A stretch of 62,443 bases of DNA, the filler included, from a bacterium (GTDB lineage: Bacteria; JADJOY01): NCBI GenBank assembly GCA_046331705.1. It is 4 parts of 4 records of this genome, joined end to end, with 100 filler letters (N's around TTAATTAATTAA, not from the genome) between each part and the next. Parts side by side here need not be neighbours in the genome. Positions count along the whole stretch, not along the records: positions 32,395 to 62,443 come from JAXLQJ010000073.1; 3 more parts are not named here. One strand, 5' to 3'. Positions within the stretch are counted from its first letter, which is position 1, and each line of letters starts with the position of its first letter. The translations under genes and the position numbers were made by a program. Shown piece after piece: positions 50,976-59,588 of the stretch. The notes beneath the pieces are model-generated. The model ran no database searches, was not told the origin of the DNA, and saw only the letters and a list, made by a program, of their open reading frames with translations.

Positions 50976-51848
50976 TCACGTCGCCGTGGGGCCGAGGCGG
51001 CACACCACCACGTCGGGCGGTGCGTAGGTGCGAAACGGCACCTCGAGCGCGCCGATGCCGCGGCTCACGATGAGCGCGCCGTGGTGGGGAGGCGCGAGCT
51101 GGAAGCGGCCGTGAAAGTAGGGCGCGTTGTACTTCGACTGCGGGATCCAGAGCGGACGACCACCCGGCAGCGCCAGATGGCCGCCGTGGGTGTGGCCGCA
51201 GACGGCGACGTCGAAGCGATGACGATCGATCGCGCGCAGCGTGCACGGCGAGTGGATGAGCAGGATGCGCGTGCCGTTGGCGTTCGCGAACGCGCGGTCG
51301 GGATCGGGGTCTCCGCTCCACCCCTCGTCGACGCCGCACACCGACACGTGGTCGAAGGGCGCCGGAAGCGCCGCGGAGTCGTTGATGAGCATCTGCACGC
51401 CCGCGGCCTCCAGGCGGCGGCTGATGTGCCGATAGTCGGTCCACAGGTCGTGGTTGCCGAGCACGGCGAATTTCCCGAAGGGCGCCCGCATGCGCTCGGC
51501 GGCCCGCGCGATCGGTTCGATGAAGGCCGCTTCGATGAAGATGAAGTCGCCGCCGAGGAGCAGGACGTCGGGCTCCGCGGCGGCCATGCGCTCGAAGGCC
51601 AGCTCGATGAGCTTGGGATGCGTCGTCGGACCGGCGTGAAAGTCGGAGGCGAACGCGAACGTGAGCGGCCGCAAGCCCGCCGGCCACTCGCGGGCGACCA
51701 CGTCGTGAGCGATCGTGTCGACCACCCGCTGCGCACCCAGCGCGTACGCGAGCCGCGCGGGCCAGCCGCTGGCCGTGAGCCGGAGGAAGAGCGGCTCGGC
51801 GAACGTGCGCCACCACCCGTAATGTCTTCCGCGGCCGAGCTGGGTCAT
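50976..51848 (-). CDS. Metallophosphoesterase (YkuE/YaeI-like)
   Basis: SDFH, GGDF, GNHD, HSP, GHTHGGH, VSRGIG. Confidence 0.88.
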   Translation of the reverse strand: MTQLGRGRHYGWWRTFAEPLFLRLTASGWPARLAYALGAQRVVDTIAHDVVAREWPAGLRPLTFAFASDFHAGPTTHPKLIELAFERMAAAEPDVLLLGGDFIFIEAAFIEPIARAAERMRAPFGKFAVLGNHDLWTDYRHISRRLEAAGVQMLINDSAALPAPFDHVSVCGVDEGWSGDPDPDRAFANANGTRILLIHSPCTLRAIDRHRFDVAVCGHTHGGHLALPGGRPLWIPQSKYNAPYFHGRFQLAPPHHGALIVSRGIGALEVPFRTYAPPDVVVCRLGPTAT

Positions 51849-51946
51849 GGGAGTGGGCGAGGAGCGCCACGCGTGCGCGAGTTGCGCGAAGGCGCGGAGC
51901 TTAGCGCGGGCGCACGCCCGTCGATAACGCCGCGGCGCGCCGGGAA

Positions 51947-52726
51947 TCAGCGCTGCGGCGCGGGACGGGGTCGGATCAAGAACCCGCCGCTCGCCAGCGG
52001 CACGCGTTCCACGGCGGTGCGGTACGCGCGCTCGAGCCGCTCCTCGGTGAGGATCTCGGCGGGCGTGCCGCAGCCCACCAGGCGGTGCTCGGCGACCAGC
52101 GCGACACGGTCGGCGAACTCCGCGGCCAGGTTGAGGTCGTGCAACGACGCGATCACGGTGAGCCCGTCCCGCGCGAGGCTCCGCACCAGCGCCAAGATCG
52201 TCATCTGGAAGTGGATGTCGAGGTGGGAGGTCGGCTCGTCGAGAAGCAGCACGCGCGGTTCCTGGGCGAGCGCCATCGCCAGCCACACGCGCTGACGCTC
52301 GCCGCTCGAGAGCGTGGCCACCCGGCGGTCGGCGAGCGGGGTGCACTCGGTGCGTTCGAGCGCCGCGTCGAGCACCTCGCGATCGCGCGCACCGAGGCTC
52401 TGGAATCGCCCGAGGTGCGGCAGCCGGCCCAGCGCCACCGCTTCCCACACGCGTAGCTCGTCGGGGCAGCGGATCGATTGCTCGACGGAGGCGAGGCGCG
52501 TCGCGATCGTGCGGGGAGCCAGCGACGCGAGCGGCTCGCGGTCGAGGTAGACGGCCCCGCGAGCCGGCTCGATGAGCCCGGAGATCGCGCGCAAGAGCGT
52601 GGTCTTGCCGGCGCCGTTCGGCCCCACCAGCGCCATCAGCTCGCCGGCGCGCAGCTCGAGCGAGACGCCCGCGAGCACGGGTGTCCCGTTGTAGCGAAGC
52701 TCCACGTCGTCGATGCGCACGATCAC
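51947..52726 (-). CDS. btuD: Cobalamin/iron-siderophore ABC transporter ATPase (BtuD/FhuC-type)
   Basis: GPNGAGKTT, LSSGERQRV, LLLDEPT, HDLNLA; B12 substrate inferred from context. Confidence 0.8.
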   Translation of the reverse strand: MIVRIDDVELRYNGTPVLAGVSLELRAGELMALVGPNGAGKTTLLRAISGLIEPARGAVYLDREPLASLAPRTIATRLASVEQSIRCPDELRVWEAVALGRLPHLGRFQSLGARDREVLDAALERTECTPLADRRVATLSSGERQRVWLAMALAQEPRVLLLDEPTSHLDIHFQMTILALVRSLARDGLTVIASLHDLNLAAEFADRVALVAEHRLVGCGTPAEILTEERLERAYRTAVERVPLASGGFLIRPRPAPQR

Positions 52727-52742
52727 GGTGCGTCCTCGCGCG

Positions 52743-53798
52743 TCACGCTGCGTCGCCCGCCCAGGCGCGCCGCCCCGCCGAGGTGCGGCGACGCAGCAAG
52801 TACAGGAAGAAAGGCGCGCCCAGGAGCGCGGTGAGGATTCCGACCGGGATCTCGGTGGGCTTGGCGAGGGTGCGCGCCGCGGTGTCGCACACGATCAGCA
52901 GGATCGCGCCCGCGAGCGCCGCCGCCGGCACCAGCGCGCGGTGGTCGGGCCCCACCACCAGCCGGAGCGCGTGGGGGACGATCAGCCCGATGAAGCCGAT
53001 GGTACCCGCGGCGGCGACGCACGACGCGGTCAGCAGGGCGGCCGCGGCCAGGAGCGCGCGCTGCACCCACGCGGGGCTCACTCCCAGATGGGCGGCCATC
53101 GCGTCGCCCAGCGCCAGCGCGTCGAGATCGCGCGCGAACGCCAGCAGCACCGGGACGCACACCGCCACCACCAGCGCCAGCGGCCACACCTGCGCCCATT
53201 GCGCCCCCGCCAGCCCGCCCATCATCCAAAACACGATCCCGCGCGTCTGATCGGGACTCGACACCACGATGCAGAAGCTGGTGACCGACGCGAACAGCGC
53301 GGAGAGCGCGACTCCCGCCAGCACCAGCGTCGCGCCGTCGCCATCACCGCGATTCATGCGGCCGATGCGGTACACGATCGCCACGGCGAGCAAGCTGCCG
53401 GCGAAGGCCGCGAACGGCAGCACTCCCGGCAGCTTCCGCTCCAGGCCGAGCGCGATGACCGCCGCGGCGCCCATCGTCGCCCCGCTCGAAAGCCCGAGGA
53501 GATAGGGCTCCGCGAGCGGATTGCGGAAGATGCCCTGCATCACCGTCCCCGCCGCCGCGAGCGCCAAGCCCACCAGCCCAGCCAGCGCGACGCGCGGCAG
53601 CCGCACGTCGCGCACGATGCGGGTCTGGGTGTCCGTGGCGGCGGGCTCGCCGTCGCCACGCGAGAGGGCCTGCCAGACGATCCCGGCCACGCGCGCCGGC
53701 GGGATCGACACCGTGCCGGTCCCCACCCCGGCGACGAAGGTCGCCACCAGGAGTCCGCCCAGGATCGCCAGCGTGACGCGCGCCGAACGTCGCCTCAT
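52743..53798 (-). CDS. btuC: FecCD/BtuC-family ABC permease
   Basis: RLPRV, QGIFRNPLAEPYLLG.SSGA, GTIGFIGLIVPH, EIPVGILTALLGAPFF. Confidence 0.82.
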   Translation of the reverse strand: MRRRSARVTLAILGGLLVATFVAGVGTGTVSIPPARVAGIVWQALSRGDGEPAATDTQTRIVRDVRLPRVALAGLVGLALAAAGTVMQGIFRNPLAEPYLLGLSSGATMGAAAVIALGLERKLPGVLPFAAFAGSLLAVAIVYRIGRMNRGDGDGATLVLAGVALSALFASVTSFCIVVSSPDQTRGIVFWMMGGLAGAQWAQVWPLALVVAVCVPVLLAFARDLDALALGDAMAAHLGVSPAWVQRALLAAAALLTASCVAAAGTIGFIGLIVPHALRLVVGPDHRALVPAAALAGAILLIVCDTAARTLAKPTEIPVGILTALLGAPFFLYLLRRRTSAGRRAWAGDAA

Positions 53799-54760
53799 GG
53801 CGTCGCCCCGCTGGTGGGACGCGGCGGGGGGGACGAGAAGGGCGCGGCGGCGGGGGTGGGCATGGCGGGCGTCGCGCCCGCGTCGGCGAAAGCCTCGGGG
53901 TGCAGCCAGACGGCGAGCGTGCGCAAGGTGTCGGGAAATCGCGTCGAGACCCAGGAGGAGGGCCGCATCGCGAGCACTCGCCCGGCCTTGACCGCGCGCA
54001 GGCTCGACACCACCTCGTGGGAGCGCGTCCACTCGAGCTCGGACGGATCGACGACCAGCGCATCGGGATCGCTGCGCAAGATCTCCTCGTAGCTCACGCG
54101 GTGATAGCCGGCGGGCGCGGCGAACACGTTCTCGGCGCCCGCCTTGGCGAGCAGCTCGTGATCGGGAGTGCCGACGCCCGCGGTGAGCGGCGGCGAGCCG
54201 GGCAAGGGGTAGAGCAGGGCGACGCGTGGCCGTGGGCGGCCCGCGACCCGCGACTCGATCGCGGCGACCTCGGTGGTGAGCCGATTCACCAGGCCCGGCG
54301 CCGCGCTGCTCTCGCCGCGCACGGCGATCTCCACCTGATCGATGGTGCGCAGCACGCCGGCCAGGTCGTCGGACGGCGCCGGTGTGTAGACGAGCAGCCC
54401 TGCCGCCTCCAAGCCGTCGCGCGACGGACCGAATGCGCCCAGCACCAGGTCCGGCTCGAGTGCGAGCGTGCGCTCGATGCTCACCGCGTTCACGTCACCG
54501 ACGCGCGTGATCGAGGCGAAGCGCTCGGGAGCCTCGGGAGTCGCGGCGATCCCGACGATGCGCTCGGCCAGGCCGAGCTCGTCGAGGATCTGCGCGAAGA
54601 GCGCCGGCCCCGCCACCACCACGCGTTTCGCCGCCTTGGGGATGCGGACGACGCGGCCGCGATCGTCCCGGAGCTCGACGGGAAACCCGGCCTGCGCGAT
54701 GCGCGCGCCCAGCGTCAGCGCGCAGACCGCGAACAGTCCCCAGCGGCGCGCGCGCGTCAT
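53795..54760 (-). CDS. btuF: BtuF-type periplasmic binding protein
   Basis: Signal peptide; FPVELRDDRGRVV.I......RVV, ERTLALEPDLV, AGAENVF, SYEEILRSDPD, AVKAGRV. Confidence 0.78.
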   Translation of the reverse strand: MTRARRWGLFAVCALTLGARIAQAGFPVELRDDRGRVVRIPKAAKRVVVAGPALFAQILDELGLAERIVGIAATPEAPERFASITRVGDVNAVSIERTLALEPDLVLGAFGPSRDGLEAAGLLVYTPAPSDDLAGVLRTIDQVEIAVRGESSAAPGLVNRLTTEVAAIESRVAGRPRPRVALLYPLPGSPPLTAGVGTPDHELLAKAGAENVFAAPAGYHRVSYEEILRSDPDALVVDPSELEWTRSHEVVSSLRAVKAGRVLAMRPSSWVSTRFPDTLRTLAVWLHPEAFADAGATPAMPTPAAAPFSSPPPRPTSGATP

Positions 54761-55395
54761 GACGTGGCTCGTCCCGCCGTCCGGCCGTGGTCCCGCGGTG
54801 CGCGCTCGAACGAGGGAGTGGGCACGATGTCCATGAGGGCTCGCCAGAGCCCCGCGGCCGCGCGACTCGCGTCGCCCGCGAACACGATCACCACCCAATC
54901 GCCGACCTCCGAGGGCCCGAGCGCGCTTTCGACGCGAGCGGCGTCGTGGGCGTTGCGGCGGCTGAAGCTCGCGTCCACGTCCGTCAGCTTGAGCCCGGAC
55001 GGCTCGCGAGAGAGCAGCAAGATACCCGTGCCGCCCTCGCGAACGGCCGCGTCGCGCAGTTGCCAGGTCTTGGGCGCGCGCGTCACGCCCCGCACCAGCG
55101 CGCCGCAGGCATGACGGTCGAGCCCCATCTCGACCAGTGCCAGCTCGGCGACGCGCGGCACGCGCGCGAAGAACTCGCCGAGCGCGGCGCTCGCGGCGTC
55201 GCTCAGGAAGGTGCCGGGCTTGGCGAACTCGACCCAGCCCAGCGCCTCGAGCTTCTCGAGCTCGGTGCGCACCACGCTCTCGGTCCAATGAGTCCGTTCC
55301 ACGAGGGTGCGGCGTCCCAGCGGGCCACGGCGCAGATGGAAGAGCAGGCCGAGCTCGAGGTGGGGCCTTTCCAACGGTTCTTTGTGGGGTATCAT
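54757..55395 (-). CDS. Winged-helix + DUF4443 (PH0730-like) putative transcription factor
   Basis: GPLGRRTL.ER....ESVVRT.LEKL...G.V.....GTFLS (wHTH); QLRDAAVREGGTG.LLL and GDWVVIVFA match my recollection of the archaeal PH0730/DUF4443 pattern; AAGGTGG upstream of ATG 55395; ATGA overlap with btuF. Confidence 0.78.
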   Translation of the reverse strand: MIPHKEPLERPHLELGLLFHLRRGPLGRRTLVERTHWTESVVRTELEKLEALGWVEFAKPGTFLSDAASAALGEFFARVPRVAELALVEMGLDRHACGALVRGVTRAPKTWQLRDAAVREGGTGILLLSREPSGLKLTDVDASFSRRNAHDAARVESALGPSEVGDWVVIVFAGDASRAAAGLWRALMDIVPTPSFERAPRDHGRTAGRATS

Positions 55396-55402
55396 ATCCC
55401 AC
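55384..55402. promoter_or_regulatory. Palindromic operator, copy 1 (overlaps the regulator start codon)
   Basis: GTGGGGTA-TCA-TATCCCAC; one mismatch from a perfect inverted repeat. Confidence 0.75.
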
Positions 55403-55464
55403 CTTCCACCTGGGACCGCGAGGGCGACGGCGCTTCGGTGCGCCGTCGTTTCGTCGGCGGCACG

Positions 55465-55483
55465 GTGGGATAATCTATCCCAC
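55465..55483. promoter_or_regulatory. Palindromic operator, copy 2 (upstream of btuB)
   Basis: GTGGGATA-ATC-TATCCCAC; perfect 8-bp arms; contains the -10-like GATAAT. Confidence 0.8.
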
Positions 55484-55514
55484 ATCGCCAGGAACACAAG
55501 CCATCGAAGTCGTC

Positions 55515-57650
55515 ATGTCGAATCTCCCGCCATCGACAGTGAGGTCCACGACGCGTCCGCGCGCGAGCGCGCCGGCGCGCGGCGCCGCGGCGTGCGATCG
55601 CGCGCGATCCACGACGTGCCGGTGGCGCACCGGGGCGATCGCGCTGGTGCTCGCGTTCCACGCCCTGAATGCCGGCGCGGAGGACGCGCCGGACTCGCTC
55701 ACGGAGACGGAGACGGTCGTGGTGGAGCAGTCCGCGCCACCGCCGGATACGGGCAGCCGCGACGTGTCGGCGTTCGCCACCATCGTGCCTCGCGACCAGT
55801 TCGCGGGCACGGGCGCCGACCTCGGCGAGGTGCTGGAGCGAACCGTCGGCGTCCAGGTGCGGAACTTCGGCGGCCTCGGCGACCTGTCGACGATCTCGAT
55901 TCGCGGCTCGACCGCCGAGCAGGTCGAGGTCTTCCTGGACGGGATCCCGCTCAATCGCGCGCTCGGCGGCGGCGTCGACCTGTCGACGCTGCCCCTCGGG
56001 AACGTGGAGCGGATCGAGGTCTATCGCGGCACGGCGCCGAGCGGTCTCGCGCTGACCAATCTCGGTGGCGCGGTCGAGCTGGTGACGTCGCCCGCTTACG
56101 GCGACGACGAGACCGCGGTCTCGGTGGGCGGCGGAAGCTTCGGCACCCTCGATACCTCCGCGTCGCTCCGGCGCGGCTCGGGGCCGTTCCATCTCTTCGC
56201 GAGCGCGGGCTACGCGCGCAGCGAAGGAGATTTCCGTTTCCGGGACGACAACGGCACGCCCAAGAACGGCGCCGACGACGCGGAGGTGGCGCGGCGCAAC
56301 AACGATTTCCAGAGTGTTGCGTTCCTCGGCAAGGGCGACACCGATCTTCCGGCGGACCTGAGCCTGACGCTCGCCGACGATTTCTTCTGGAAGGACGAGG
56401 GCGTCCCCGGGATCGGCAGCAATCAATCCGACTCGGCGCGGCTCACCTCGCTGCGCGATCTGGCGCATGCGCTGCTACGCGGCCGCGGCTGGCTCGACGG
56501 TGCGCTCGATCTGGAGGAACGGCTCGAGCTCGGGTTCCAGCGTGAGGCGTTTCGCGACATCGAGGGCGAGATCGGCGTCGGCGCGCAGGACACGCGCAAC
56601 ACCACGTCGACCTATGCGTCGGTCTCGCAGGTGACGCACCGGCCGATCCAGGATCTGGCGATCACGGCGCTCGCCGATCTCCGGCACGAGGAATTCCGCC
56701 CCGCCGACGAGCTGCTCGAGCCGGCCGATGGCCCGACCAGTCGCCGCAACGCCGCGCATCTGGTGCTGGAGGGCGAATCGCGACTCTTCGGTGAGCGCTT
56801 GGTTCTCGATCCCGCGCTGCGTTTCGCGTACGTCGAGGACGAGCGTCGCCCGTTCGGGCCATTCGTCACCGCCGGTCCCCAGAACGCCGTCGACCGGCGC
56901 GTCACCTGGAAGGTGGGTGCGCGCGGCTATCTCGCCGAGTGGCTGGAGGCGCGCGGCAACGCCTCGACCTCGTTTCGCGCGCCGAGCTTCACCGAGCTCT
57001 TCGGCGATCGCGGGTCGATCATCGGCAACCCCAAGCTCGACCCGGAGCGCGGCTTCAGCTGGGACATCGGCCTCGCGCTGGTGCCGCCCGATCTCGACTG
57101 GCTGCGCGCCGTGCGCATCGAGGCGATCTACTTCTTCAGTGACGTCGACGATCGGATCCTCTTCATCCAGAACAGCCAGCGCACGGCGGTGGCGGAGAAC
57201 ATCGCCGCGTCGCGCAGCCAGGGGGTGGAGCTGACCGCGGCCGCGCTGCTTCCTGCCGGCTTTCGCGCCAGCGCCAACGCCACCTTCCAGCAGACCGAAG
57301 ACCTCTCGCCGGCACCGAGCCGCCACGGCAACGATCTGCCCGGGCAGCCGCGCAACGACGTCGCCACCCGGCTCGAATGGCGCGAGAAGCCGGTCACGTT
57401 GTTCACCGAGCTCGAGTACATCGGCTCGAATTTCCTGGATCCGGCGAACCTCGAGGCGGTCGACGATCGCGTGCTGGTCTCGGCGGGCTTCAAGGTCCGC
57501 GTCCTCGACGGGATCACGCTCGCGTTCGACGCGCGCAACCTGGCCGACGATCGCGTGACCGACGTGATCGGCTATCCGCTGCCGGGCCGCAGCTTCTTCG
57601 GCTCGGTCGAGTGGCGGCTCGTCGACGAGGACGCCCCGAACGATGAATGA
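55515..57650 (+). CDS. btuB: TonB-dependent receptor, probable cobalamin transporter
   Basis: TonB-box-like ETVVV; plug ISIRG....QV.VFLDGIP, VERIEVYRG, GGAV.LVT; FRAPSFTELF; GYPLPGRSF; lies upstream of cobU-cobT-cobS. Confidence 0.8.
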   Translation: MSNLPPSTVRSTTRPRASAPARGAAACDRARSTTCRWRTGAIALVLAFHALNAGAEDAPDSLTETETVVVEQSAPPPDTGSRDVSAFATIVPRDQFAGTGADLGEVLERTVGVQVRNFGGLGDLSTISIRGSTAEQVEVFLDGIPLNRALGGGVDLSTLPLGNVERIEVYRGTAPSGLALTNLGGAVELVTSPAYGDDETAVSVGGGSFGTLDTSASLRRGSGPFHLFASAGYARSEGDFRFRDDNGTPKNGADDAEVARRNNDFQSVAFLGKGDTDLPADLSLTLADDFFWKDEGVPGIGSNQSDSARLTSLRDLAHALLRGRGWLDGALDLEERLELGFQREAFRDIEGEIGVGAQDTRNTTSTYASVSQVTHRPIQDLAITALADLRHEEFRPADELLEPADGPTSRRNAAHLVLEGESRLFGERLVLDPALRFAYVEDERRPFGPFVTAGPQNAVDRRVTWKVGARGYLAEWLEARGNASTSFRAPSFTELFGDRGSIIGNPKLDPERGFSWDIGLALVPPDLDWLRAVRIEAIYFFSDVDDRILFIQNSQRTAVAENIAASRSQGVELTAAALLPAGFRASANATFQQTEDLSPAPSRHGNDLPGQPRNDVATRLEWREKPVTLFTELEYIGSNFLDPANLEAVDDRVLVSAGFKVRVLDGITLAFDARNLADDRVTDVIGYPLPGRSFFGSVEWRLVDEDAPNDE

Positions 57651-58872
57651 AACCCCTCTCGATGCGAATCCGCATCCAACAACGCGCGGCGCCATCGGCA
57701 CGGCCGCGTTTCGGAGAGTCACGATGCAGGGCATGGAAACTTCGTTGCACGGAACCTGGGCGCGCTGGCTCGCGATCGGCACGATCGTGGTCGCGGGCTG
57801 CTCGAGCGGCGGTGGCGACGGTCCCGGCGTGGGCAGCACGGCGAACACCGCCGTGCTCTCCACCACGGACTTCACCACCGGCCGCCTCGCCACGGTGAGC
57901 CTGGAAGCGCCGTACACGGTGGGGCAGAACCTGGAGGAGCTGGGCTCGGACGCGGTGCTGCGCGTCTTCGACGGTCAGGTCGACGTGGTGAACCGCTCGG
58001 TGGGCGAGAACGTGCAGGTGATCGACCCGGCGTCGGGCTTCGCCACGGTCGCACAGTTCAGCACCGGTGACGGGTCGAATCCGCAGGACGTGCTGGTGCG
58101 CGGCACCACGGCGTTCGTGCCGCGCTACGAGGCGGGCTCGCTCGACGATCCGTACAACGACGTGCTGCTCATGAGCCTCACCGACGGCTCGACGCTCGGC
58201 CGCATCGACCTCTTGCCGTACGCAGACACCGCGACCGATCCCGGCATGCTGCCGCGCCCAGCGGCGATCCTCGAGGTCGGCGGGCTGGTGTGGGTGATGC
58301 TGCAGCAGATCAACGCGAGCTTCTCGAGCTATGGCCAGGGGTGCTTCGTCATCATCGATCCGGCCACGCGCAGCGTGGTGGGCGCGGTGGTTCTCGACGT
58401 CCAGAGCCCGTTCGCGGCGGAGGTCTTCGGTGACGCGATCTACGTGGCGGCGAACGGCGTCTTCTCGATCCCGCCCACGCTCTCGGGCGGGATCGTGAAG
58501 GTGGACACCCAGACGCGCACGGCGACGCTGCTCGTCGACGACGACGACCTCGGCTCGAACGTGAGCGACGTGGTGGTGGTCTCGGAGTCGAAGGGCTACC
58601 TGGTGGTGGCGAACGTGGATGACCAGGGCACGCCCGCGGGCACCAACGACGTCCGCACGTTCGATCCGCGCACCGGCGCCGTCGGCGCCAAGGTCTACAC
58701 CTGCGGCGGCTACCTACCCGACATCGCCTGGAACGGCGGCACGACCCTGGTGGCCACGTGCCAGGACTTCGCCACGCCGGGAGTGGTGCTGATCGACACG
58801 ACCTCGGACGCGGTGGTGGCTGGCCCGCTCGACACCGGTCTGCCGCCGTTCAGCATCGGGTTCCTGAAGTGA
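57643..58872 (+). CDS. YncE-like beta-propeller lipoprotein (possible BtuG analogue)
   Basis: Lipobox VAGC followed by a Gly/Ser linker; propeller-like repeats (VIDP, SNPQD, VLIDT); true start may be 57724 or 57733. Confidence 0.65.
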   Translation: MNETPLDANPHPTTRGAIGTAAFRRVTMQGMETSLHGTWARWLAIGTIVVAGCSSGGGDGPGVGSTANTAVLSTTDFTTGRLATVSLEAPYTVGQNLEELGSDAVLRVFDGQVDVVNRSVGENVQVIDPASGFATVAQFSTGDGSNPQDVLVRGTTAFVPRYEAGSLDDPYNDVLLMSLTDGSTLGRIDLLPYADTATDPGMLPRPAAILEVGGLVWVMLQQINASFSSYGQGCFVIIDPATRSVVGAVVLDVQSPFAAEVFGDAIYVAANGVFSIPPTLSGGIVKVDTQTRTATLLVDDDDLGSNVSDVVVVSESKGYLVVANVDDQGTPAGTNDVRTFDPRTGAVGAKVYTCGGYLPDIAWNGGTTLVATCQDFATPGVVLIDTTSDAVVAGPLDTGLPPFSIGFLK

Positions 58873-59417
58873 GTCCCGCTTCGAAGCGCGTCGTGCTGGT
58901 GGGCGGCGGCGTGCGTTCGGGGAAGAGTGCGTTCGCGTTGCGCCGCGCCTCGGAGCTCGGGGCGCGGCGCGTCTTCCTGGCCACGGCGGAAGCGCTGGAC
59001 GACGAGATGACGGCGCGGATCACGCGCCATCAGATGGAGCGCGGAGCCTCGTTCGTGACCGTGGAGGAGCCGCTCGCCGTTCCCGAGCGGCTCGACGCGC
59101 TGACCGACGTGGACGTGGTGCTGCTCGATTGCCTGACGCTCTGGCTCTCGAACCTGGTGGTGCGCGGCGACGACGAGCGCCGCGTGGAAGCCGCGGTGGA
59201 AGAGCTGGCGCGGGTGCTCGCGACGCGCCGCTTCCACGCGGTGGTGGTGACCAACGAGGTCGGCATGGGTCTGGTGCCCGAATCGGCGTTGGGGCGGCTC
59301 TTTCGCGACGTCGCGGGGCGCGCGCACCAGCGCCTCGCCGCGCTTGCCGACGAGGTTCACTTCGCCGCGCTCGGGGTGATGCTCACGCTCAAGCCGAGCC
59401 CGCTGGTGGCCAGGTGA
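58869..59417 (+). CDS. cobU: Bifunctional adenosylcobinamide kinase / cobinamide-phosphate guanylyltransferase
   Basis: GGVRSGKS, ATA...DDEM..RI..H...R, DCLTLWLSN, VTNEVG.GLVP...LGR.FRD..G; GTGA overlap. Confidence 0.95.
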   Translation: MSPASKRVVLVGGGVRSGKSAFALRRASELGARRVFLATAEALDDEMTARITRHQMERGASFVTVEEPLAVPERLDALTDVDVVLLDCLTLWLSNLVVRGDDERRVEAAVEELARVLATRRFHAVVVTNEVGMGLVPESALGRLFRDVAGRAHQRLAALADEVHFAALGVMLTLKPSPLVAR

Positions 59418-59588
59418 GCCGCCGGCCGAGTGCGAGCCGCGCGACCCGCGACGTGGACGCAGGTTTCACCTTCCGCTCGGCGCACGAGTGCGCCGCATGA
59501 TGCCGCTTCGGCAGCCTGCGAGCCCGAGCTCGCACGGACACGATCGGCCCCCTGTCCGCGCCCGTGGCGCGGAACGAACGGAGCAACC

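Noticed and set aside
55396-55514. Expected cobalamin riboswitch upstream of btuB/btuF
   Set aside because: Region is only about 120 nt and lacks recognisable GGGAA, GCCACTG and B12-box elements; not annotated, pending an Rfam scan.
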